Below, one piece after another: positions 57,407 through 64,000 of a DNA stretch of 64,000 nt (position 1 is the stretch's first letter; the number at the start of each line of letters is the position of its first letter). Source of the DNA: Candidatus Dojkabacteria bacterium (GTDB lineage: Bacteria; Patescibacteriota; Dojkabacteria; SC72); NCBI GenBank assembly GCA_012513575.1, contig JAAZBX010000001.1, positions 10,163 through 74,162 on the forward strand, read 5' to 3'. A program made the translations under genes and the position numbers. A model generated the notes under the pieces. The model was not told the DNA's origin and ran no database searches. It saw nothing but the letters and a program-made list of their open reading frames with translations.

Positions 57407-57917
57407 GCATAATGTGGGTTTTCTTGTTGTAGAGAGATTAAGAGAACGTTTCCTTTTCCAAAAGAATTTCACGGTAACAGATTGGGAAGAGGAATCAACA
57501 TTTATGTCGGAATTGGCCTTCCTAAAACAAGGTTCTAAGGTTTTAGTTATCTTTCAGAAGCCTTTAACTTACATGAACAACTCTGGGCAGGCAGTAAGTA
57601 AAGTTGTTAAGAAGTATGGGATTGAAAATTTAGAAAAAAATTTCATTCTTTTGCATGACGATTTAGATATTTCGCTTGGTAAATTCAAGATCCAAAAAAC
57701 TAAATCCCCAAAAGGGCACAATGGTGTTAAAGATGTAGAAGATATGCTAAAGAGTAACAAATTCCAAAGAGTAAGAATTGGTATTGAAAGTAGATTAGAT
57801 AAAAATATTTCTGGGGATGAGTATGTGTTAAAGAAATTCTCAAAAGATGAGCAAATAATTCTTGGGGAAGTAATAGAGGATGTAGTAAATACAATACTCG
57901 CAGAAATTCTTCTTTAG
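57354..57917 (+). CDS. pth: peptidyl-tRNA hydrolase
   Basis: GLGNPG, RHNVGF, KPLTYMNNSG, HDDLD, GHNG. Confidence 0.97.
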   Translation: MKLITGLGNPGEKYQKSRHNVGFLVVERLRERFLFQKNFTVTDWEEESTFMSELAFLKQGSKVLVIFQKPLTYMNNSGQAVSKVVKKYGIENLEKNFILLHDDLDISLGKFKIQKTKSPKGHNGVKDVEDMLKSNKFQRVRIGIESRLDKNISGDEYVLKKFSKDEQIILGEVIEDVVNTILAEILL

Positions 57918-57927
57918 TTTCAATTAG

Positions 57928-60333
57928 ATGGATAGTATTAGTGAAAAATTTGTCTCAAAGTGCAAAGGGCTGAGGTCCCTAATTCTTGATAAAAAGTCTG
58001 TCACAGGTATTGATAAAGAGTATTTGGAATTTTCGGCTGAATTGCTTGGTTTAATCCTCAATGATGTAGTTTGGCTTTCAACGACTCCTGAGAAAGATAG
58101 TGAAGAGAACATAAAAGAAATAGGAGTTGGAGAAAAATTTGATATAAAAATTCTTGAGGATTTAGGATATTGCAGAGTTGAAAGAGTATGGGAGGTGGGA
58201 GAGTACTCTGTTTTAGGTGATGTGATTGTTGTTTGGCCTTTTAGTATGAAGAATATATTAAGAATTAGTCTTTTTGGGAACAATATTGAAAGTATTGATA
58301 TTGTTGAGAGTTCAACCCGAAAGAAAATTGAAAGTGTTAAAAGAAGAATTTTAGTTGATTCTTCTACTACATTATTAATTGGGAATGAAGAAGCAGAGCA
58401 TAGGACAAAGATTTCTTTTAAGGAGGGATTAGGGCTTGGAGAGGAGGAGGCTGTCAATCTTGGGATTCGAACTATCCCAGGAATGGAAGTATATTCATCT
58501 GTCCATGCAACTAAGGAAATTGTAAACAATTTTAAAAACAGAGGATATGAGATTATATATATATCAAGTAATTTAGATAGATATGAACTTGAGGTTGAGA
58601 AGTCATTAAAAAACTCTTTTGATATGATATTTTTAGCAAATGGGAGGTACAAGGATATCATAAAAAGAGGTTTTCTCTTTAATTCTGTTAAACTTCTTGT
58701 GTTAACGGACATGGAAGTTTTGGGAGAGCTTGATTTGTCAGATTTCTGGGAGAAAAATAGGAATATTGATCCAGGATCAATAGAAATTCTTAAAAAGATA
58801 ATTCCAGGGGATTATGTAGTTCATGAGGATCATGGGATAGGAAAGTTCGTTGATTTGCAACTTAAAGAGGGTGGGTATTACATACAGATTGCATATGCTG
58901 GTAGTGATAAGCTTTTTGTTCCCTTGAGTGCATCCCAAAAGATAACAAAATATATTGGAGCAGGGAGGGCGAAACCAATTTTAACAGGTTTGAATAGTGG
59001 AAGCTGGAGAAGAATATCACAAAAAGCTAGAGAAAGGGCAGAGGATATCGCTAAAGAGCTAATTCAGCTCTATGCTCTTCGAGAGACTGTTGAGGTAAAT
59101 GCAGTACTCTCTAATGAAGAAGATTTGGCAGATTTCAATACGTTTGTAGAAAGATTTGAATACAAGGATACAGATGATCAGTATATTGCAACTAGTCATT
59201 TGGTTAAGGATCTTCAGAAAGGAAAACCTTTGGATAGGTTGCTTGTCGGTGATGTGGGGTATGGAAAGACCGAAATTGCAATGAGGGCAATGTATGCAGT
59301 AGTTAATGCAGGATTCCAAGCAGCTCTTCTTGCCCCAACCACAATCTTGGTTCAACAACATTATGCAGTGTTAAAAAAGCGTTTCGAAGGTACAGCGATA
59401 ACCATTAAAGCTCTATCAAGATTAATTTCAAGTAAACAACGAGAAGATATTTGGGAAGGGTTAAAAAGGGGGAGTGTTGATATCATTGTTGGTACACAGG
59501 CACTTCTTAATGAAGAAATTCAGTTTAAAGATTTGGGATTACTTGTAGTCGATGAGGAACAGAAATTTGGGGTGAAACAGAAAGAGAAGATTAAGAGGAA
59601 GAAGTTAAATGCAAATGTTCTCTCCTTAACCGCCACTCCAATACCTAGGACATTAAACATGGCTTTGATGGGGATTCGGGATATTTCTGTACTTTCGACA
59701 CCTCCATCAGGGAGAAGGGAGATTCAGAATCACTTTGGGAAGTTTGATTGGGACAAAGTTCATGAAATTATCACAAAGGAGTTGAATAGAGGAGGTCAGG
59801 TTTACTTCCTTCATAACCGAGTTGAAACGATTCAGAATATTTATGATAAATTGGACAAGTTGTTCCCTCAAGCAAAAGTAAAGGTAATTCATGGGCAGAT
59901 GGGTGTTCAAACTTTATCTGAAAATATGCAAAGTTTTGTAGAGGGGGATGCGAAAATATTGCTTTGTACAACGATAATTGAGAATGGCTTAGACATTCCG
60001 AATGTGAATACACTTATAGTGGATGATGCAACAATGTTAGGACTTGCACAGATGTATCAAATAAGGGGAAGAATTGGGAGGTCAGAAAAGCAAGCCTATG
60101 CTTATTTCTTATATAATTCACTTAAGGGGAATTCTGCCTTAAGATTAGAAGCGTTAAAAAATTCTCAGGAGTTAGGTTCTGGTTTTTTGCTCTCAAATAG
60201 AGATTTGGAAATAAGAGGGGCTGGAGATATTCTCGGGAAAAATCAATCTGGGGCTATTAATTCCGTAGGTTATGGGCTTTATACTCAAATGCTCTCAGAT
60301 GCAGTGGAAAAAATCAAAAGATTGGGTAAATAA
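57928..60333 (+). CDS. mfd: transcription-repair coupling factor Mfd (shortened)
   Basis: GDYVVHEDHGIG RID, GDVGYGKTE, DEEQKFGV, TATPIPRT, DLEIRGAG. Confidence 0.95.
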   Translation: MDSISEKFVSKCKGLRSLILDKKSVTGIDKEYLEFSAELLGLILNDVVWLSTTPEKDSEENIKEIGVGEKFDIKILEDLGYCRVERVWEVGEYSVLGDVIVVWPFSMKNILRISLFGNNIESIDIVESSTRKKIESVKRRILVDSSTTLLIGNEEAEHRTKISFKEGLGLGEEEAVNLGIRTIPGMEVYSSVHATKEIVNNFKNRGYEIIYISSNLDRYELEVEKSLKNSFDMIFLANGRYKDIIKRGFLFNSVKLLVLTDMEVLGELDLSDFWEKNRNIDPGSIEILKKIIPGDYVVHEDHGIGKFVDLQLKEGGYYIQIAYAGSDKLFVPLSASQKITKYIGAGRAKPILTGLNSGSWRRISQKARERAEDIAKELIQLYALRETVEVNAVLSNEEDLADFNTFVERFEYKDTDDQYIATSHLVKDLQKGKPLDRLLVGDVGYGKTEIAMRAMYAVVNAGFQAALLAPTTILVQQHYAVLKKRFEGTAITIKALSRLISSKQREDIWEGLKRGSVDIIVGTQALLNEEIQFKDLGLLVVDEEQKFGVKQKEKIKRKKLNANVLSLTATPIPRTLNMALMGIRDISVLSTPPSGRREIQNHFGKFDWDKVHEIITKELNRGGQVYFLHNRVETIQNIYDKLDKLFPQAKVKVIHGQMGVQTLSENMQSFVEGDAKILLCTTIIENGLDIPNVNTLIVDDATMLGLAQMYQIRGRIGRSEKQAYAYFLYNSLKGNSALRLEALKNSQELGSGFLLSNRDLEIRGAGDILGKNQSGAINSVGYGLYTQMLSDAVEKIKRLGK

Positions 60334-60375
60334 TTTTCTCTTGGCAAACTTTTCGAATTGAACTAACATATAAAC

Positions 60376-61935
60376 ATGTCCTCAGTACTATATCAAAAAT
60401 ATAGGTCTCAGAATTTTGACCAAATTATAGGTCAAGAAAATGTAACAAAGCTCCTTAAGAACGCTATTAAAAAAGATCAGCTAGCTCATGCATATCTTTT
60501 TGTTGGATCTAGGGGTACTGGGAAGACTTCTACAGCGAGGATATTAGCTAAAGCAGTAAACTGTACTAATATTCAGAAAGACGGAAATCCTTGTCTTGAA
60601 TGTGAGCATTGCAAAGCCATTGCGAATGGGACTTTTTTAGATCTGATGGAGATAGATGCCGCATCCAATCGAGGGATTGATCAGATTAGGGAGCTAAAGG
60701 AAAGAATTGAATTTTCCCCAAGTGAGGGCAAATACAAGGTATATATCATTGATGAGGTGCATATGTTAACTACAGAGGCTTTTAATGCTCTTCTTAAAAC
60801 TCTTGAAGAACCCCCAGCACATGTGATTTTCATTTTGGCAACGACAGATGTTCATAAATTGCCACCAACGATTCTTTCAAGATGTCAAAGGTATGATTTT
60901 AGATTGGGTACAGACAAAGAGGTAAAAGAGTTAATCCAAGCAATTTGCAAAGAAGAGAAAATTAAAATTCAAGATGAAGCACTAGATATAGTTGTACAAA
61001 ATGCTAAGGGAAGTTACAGAGATGCTCTCTCACTGATGGATGTAGTATATAGTGGGCAAGAGCAAAGTAAGTCCGAGATTACTCTTGATGAGGTAAGGAA
61101 GACTTTAGGGCTTCCAGATTCTGAAAAGGTAATTTTACTTCTTTCAAGCTTAGTGAGTGGTGATGGAGGGAAGGCGTTAGAGATTATTGAAGGGTTGGAG
61201 TCCAGTGGTTTGAATTTACAACAATTTACAGCCTATATACTTGACACTTTAAGAAGAATTTTTACAGCAAAGATTAAAGGAACGATTGAGAAGGAATACT
61301 CATATATTAAAGATATTGATATTCGAGAATTGCATAAATTAATTAATCTTTTCTTAGAGGCCGAAAACAGGATAAGGTATGCAAATAATCAGGCACTTGT
61401 TTTAGAAATGATTATTCCAGAGATGATGAAACCTAATGTTCAAAGTGATGTTAAAATTGTAAATAGAGATGTAAAAAAAAGAATTTCAGTAGTTGAAGAA
61501 CCAAAAGAAAAAGTGGTACAAAGAGAGTGTGTTAAACAGGTCTCTCTGGATGAAATAAACAGTAAATGGGAGAGTTTTATTGAGGAGATTCGTCCTTTTA
61601 ATCACCACCTGTACGCATTTGTTGGAGCTGCCCACATTATCTCTTTTGAGAATGGGATATTACATATAGAAGTTCCTTTCTCTTTTCACAAGGAAAGGAT
61701 AGAAATCCCCAAGAGTAAAAATATTATCTCTGAAGTATTTACTAAGGTGTATGGAGTTCCTTGTAATATTGAATGCGATGTGAATTCTGCGATGAAACCC
61801 ATTGAGAAGGCTGATGCGGAGACTGTTTTGAAAAATCTTCCAACTCCCAAACCCTCAGAGAAATCAAAAAGAAATTTTAAACCTAGAGGAAGCTCTAAGA
61901 TTAATGATATAGAGGCCATCTTTGAAGGTGTTTAG
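60376..61935 (+). CDS. dnaX: DNA polymerase III gamma/tau
   Basis: GSRGTGKTS, IDAASNRG, IIDEVHML, TILSRCQ. Confidence 0.97.
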   Translation: MSSVLYQKYRSQNFDQIIGQENVTKLLKNAIKKDQLAHAYLFVGSRGTGKTSTARILAKAVNCTNIQKDGNPCLECEHCKAIANGTFLDLMEIDAASNRGIDQIRELKERIEFSPSEGKYKVYIIDEVHMLTTEAFNALLKTLEEPPAHVIFILATTDVHKLPPTILSRCQRYDFRLGTDKEVKELIQAICKEEKIKIQDEALDIVVQNAKGSYRDALSLMDVVYSGQEQSKSEITLDEVRKTLGLPDSEKVILLLSSLVSGDGGKALEIIEGLESSGLNLQQFTAYILDTLRRIFTAKIKGTIEKEYSYIKDIDIRELHKLINLFLEAENRIRYANNQALVLEMIIPEMMKPNVQSDVKIVNRDVKKRISVVEEPKEKVVQRECVKQVSLDEINSKWESFIEEIRPFNHHLYAFVGAAHIISFENGILHIEVPFSFHKERIEIPKSKNIISEVFTKVYGVPCNIECDVNSAMKPIEKADAETVLKNLPTPKPSEKSKRNFKPRGSSKINDIEAIFEGV

Positions 61936-62008
61936 GTTTTTTTGGACCTGTGCTTCCTTTCACTTTGTAGTATAATAATATTCATTTAATTTTGATCGAA
62001 TATATTGT

Positions 62009-62308
62009 ATGGGAATCGGAAATCCAGTCGAATTGCTTAAAATGCAAAGTGAGGCCAAAAAAATGCAAAACAAGTTAAGAGAAAGAAAGATAAAAGGAGA
62101 GTCAAAGAATGGTATGGTACGAATATATATGAATGGAGCTCAGGAATTTGAAGATATTTATATTGATGATGCGTATCTTGATCCTGATATGTCTGATGAA
62201 ATAAAGAAAGGTATGAAGGAAGCTTTCAAGGATTATCAGAAGAAACTTCAAAAGGAGATGATTCAAGATGTTGATTTAGATCAGTTAAAAAGTATGTTTG
62301 GAAAGTAA
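62009..62308 (+). CDS. ybaB: YbaB/EbfC nucleoid-associated protein
   Basis: dnaX-ybaB-recR synteny; GMVRIYMNG. Confidence 0.88.
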   Translation: MGIGNPVELLKMQSEAKKMQNKLRERKIKGESKNGMVRIYMNGAQEFEDIYIDDAYLDPDMSDEIKKGMKEAFKDYQKKLQKEMIQDVDLDQLKSMFGK

Positions 62309-62315
62309 GTAAAAT

Positions 62316-62939
62316 ATGTCTGTATTACCAAAAAGCGTAGAAAAAGTAATAGATGAGTTTAGTAGATTACCCGGGGTAGGTCCTAAATCTGCTTCTAGAA
62401 TGGCTTATCACTATCTTAGATCGCCGAACAAAGATGCTACCAAACTTGCAAATGCACTTATCCAAATGGAGGATAGTGTGAAAAATTGTAAGAAATGCTT
62501 CAATGTCGCAGAGGAAGAGGAGTGTAATATCTGTTCAAGTCCATTAAGAAAAAAAGACAGAATCTGTGTTGTAGAAGAACCTTTAGATGTTGTTGCTTTT
62601 GAAAATTCAGGAGTATATGACGGAGTCTATTTTGTACTTGGGGGGGTGATTTCTCCAGCTGATGGGATTACTTCTGAGGAATTAAGGTTTAAGGAACTAA
62701 AGAATCGTGTCCAAGAATTATTATCTGATGCTAATACTCTTGAAGTTATTATTGCCACAAATCCAAGTCTGGAAGGGGAGGCCACAGCCAGCTATATATA
62801 TGATCTGTTCAAAAATCTTCTAAAAGAGGGTAAACTTAAGTTAACAAGATTGGCGATGGGTCTGCCTACTGGTGCAGATTTGGAGTATGCTGACAGATTA
62901 ACTTTAAAAAAGGCACTAGAGGGAAGGAGAAATATTTAA
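62316..62939 (+). CDS. recR: recombination mediator RecR
   Basis: LPGVGPKSA, C4 zinc finger, ICVVE, EGEATA, RLAMGLP. Confidence 0.97.
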   Translation: MSVLPKSVEKVIDEFSRLPGVGPKSASRMAYHYLRSPNKDATKLANALIQMEDSVKNCKKCFNVAEEEECNICSSPLRKKDRICVVEEPLDVVAFENSGVYDGVYFVLGGVISPADGITSEELRFKELKNRVQELLSDANTLEVIIATNPSLEGEATASYIYDLFKNLLKEGKLKLTRLAMGLPTGADLEYADRLTLKKALEGRRNI

Positions 62940-64000
62940 TGAAACTTTACTCAACATTAGACAAAAAGATAGTAGAAATTCAACCAAACAAGGAGGGTGA
63001 GATTTCTATGTATAACTGCGGTCCGACAGTATATTACAGAATGCATTTGGGTAATATCCGAGCATATGTAAACTGGGATATCCTTCATAGAGCTTTGCTC
63101 TATCTTGGCTATCAAGTTAAGAGGGTAATGAATATAACTGATGTTGGGCATATGACTTCAACAGATGACTTTGGAGATGATTTTGGGACAGATAAGATGG
63201 ACAAACAGGCAGAAAAAGAAGGGATTCAGCCAATTGATATAGCTAATAAATATATTGATACGGTTTTGGATGATTTTAGGGCATTGGATATAATTGCCCC
63301 AAATGGGAAAGAGATTCCAAATGATTTAACTCATGAGAAGGTCTCTGAATTTGGTTGGACTAGAGCTACAGAGTATATTAATCAAATGATTGAGGTTGTA
63401 AAAAGGATGGAGGAAAGGGGCTTTACGTACGAGACAAAGCAAGCCATTTATTTTGATGTGACAAAAATCCCAGATTACAATATTTTTACCGGTCAAAAAT
63501 TAGACGAAAAAAAGGTTGGAGCAAGAGAAGATGTTGGTATTGATCCCGAAAAAAGAAATCCCGCTGATTTTGTTTTGTGGATGAAAAAAGTAGGAAAGTA
63601 TGATAACCATTTGATGAACTGGCCGTCTCCTTGGGGGGAGGGCTTTCCTGGTTGGCATATAGAATGTTCGGCAATGGGAACTTCCATTCTTGGAGAGCGA
63701 TTTGATATCCACACTGGAGGTGTAGATCATATCCCTGTTCACCATTCAAATGAGAGAGCCCAGAATATTGGAGCCTTTGGCCATCCTGTCGTTAAGTACT
63801 GGATACACAATGAGTGGTTGGTAAATAAGGAAGATGAAAAAATCTCAAAGAGTAAGGGTGCTGATTCGTTACCTGAAATTGTTAAGTTGGGGTATGATCC
63901 TTTGGATATTAGATATCTTTTCCTCTCGGTGAATTATCGAACAAAAATCAGTTTTTCTATGGAAGCTTTAGATGGTGCAAAAAATTCTAGAAAGGCACTC
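62939..64000 (+). CDS. cysS: cysteinyl-tRNA synthetase, truncated by window end
   Basis: Manual translation MKLYSTL..., YNCGPTVY..MHLGN, NITDVGH, PWGEGFPGWHIECS, KISKS. Confidence 0.96.
   Translation, partial: MKLYSTLDKKIVEIQPNKEGEISMYNCGPTVYYRMHLGNIRAYVNWDILHRALLYLGYQVKRVMNITDVGHMTSTDDFGDDFGTDKMDKQAEKEGIQPIDIANKYIDTVLDDFRALDIIAPNGKEIPNDLTHEKVSEFGWTRATEYINQMIEVVKRMEERGFTYETKQAIYFDVTKIPDYNIFTGQKLDEKKVGAREDVGIDPEKRNPADFVLWMKKVGKYDNHLMNWPSPWGEGFPGWHIECSAMGTSILGERFDIHTGGVDHIPVHHSNERAQNIGAFGHPVVKYWIHNEWLVNKEDEKISKSKGADSLPEIVKLGYDPLDIRYLFLSVNYRTKISFSMEALDGAKNSRKAL

Noticed and set aside
61471-61496. dnaX programmed frameshift at an A8 run giving a gamma subunit
   Set aside because: The position is plausible, but A-runs are common in this AT-rich DNA and no stimulatory SD or hairpin is evident.
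421-63749. Many short antisense or overlapping ORFs in the track (e.g. 16544-17200, 48855-49418, 57924-58712, 5720-5944, 38466-38654)
   Set aside because: They are shadows of well-supported genes or tRNAs, with no recognisable motifs.
1-64000. Alternative genetic code 25 (TGA=Gly) and CRISPR arrays
   Set aside because: Long conserved genes are uninterrupted in code 11 and TGA ends genes at expected positions (12380, 44473); no repeat-spacer periodicity seen.

Overview
This 64 kb window is AT-rich chromosomal DNA in standard code 11. It looks like a reduced-genome Patescibacteria/CPR bacterium, possibly Dojkabacteria/WS6; this is inferred from gene content, not from a search. Most of it is housekeeping: clpC, radA, rho, leuS, argS, trpS, cysS, uvrA, mfd, topA, dnaX, recR, two mreB paralogues, mreC/mreD/PBP2, the rpmG-secE-nusG-rplKA-rplJL cluster, rpsB-tsf-frr-rseP, competence genes (comEA, split comEC, dprA) and 10 tRNAs. 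No CRISPR array, integrase or transposase was seen. The standout locus is 22.5-31.1 kb. It holds an operon of a 7TM protein plus FOUR different ATP-grasp amide ligases: one fused to a retropepsin-like protease, one cyanophycin-synthetase-like with a dead Mur domain, one stand-alone CphA/GshF-like and one RimK-like. The operon converges on a DUF1704/MATCAP-type carboxypeptidase that follows an orphan mreB, and diverges from a glycolipid glycosyltransferase. It is a candidate undescribed peptide-polymer or protein-tagging writer/eraser system. Other oddities: ribosomal protein S2 fused to an RNA polymerase alpha-CTD-like domain, EF-Ts with a duplicated N-terminal domain, two unassigned structured RNA candidates, accessory genes whose mRNA 5' and 3' ends can base-pair, apparently leaderless transcripts, and a surface-protein pair sharing a GYLLWRVNQE N-terminal motif and a PDTG C-terminal signal.
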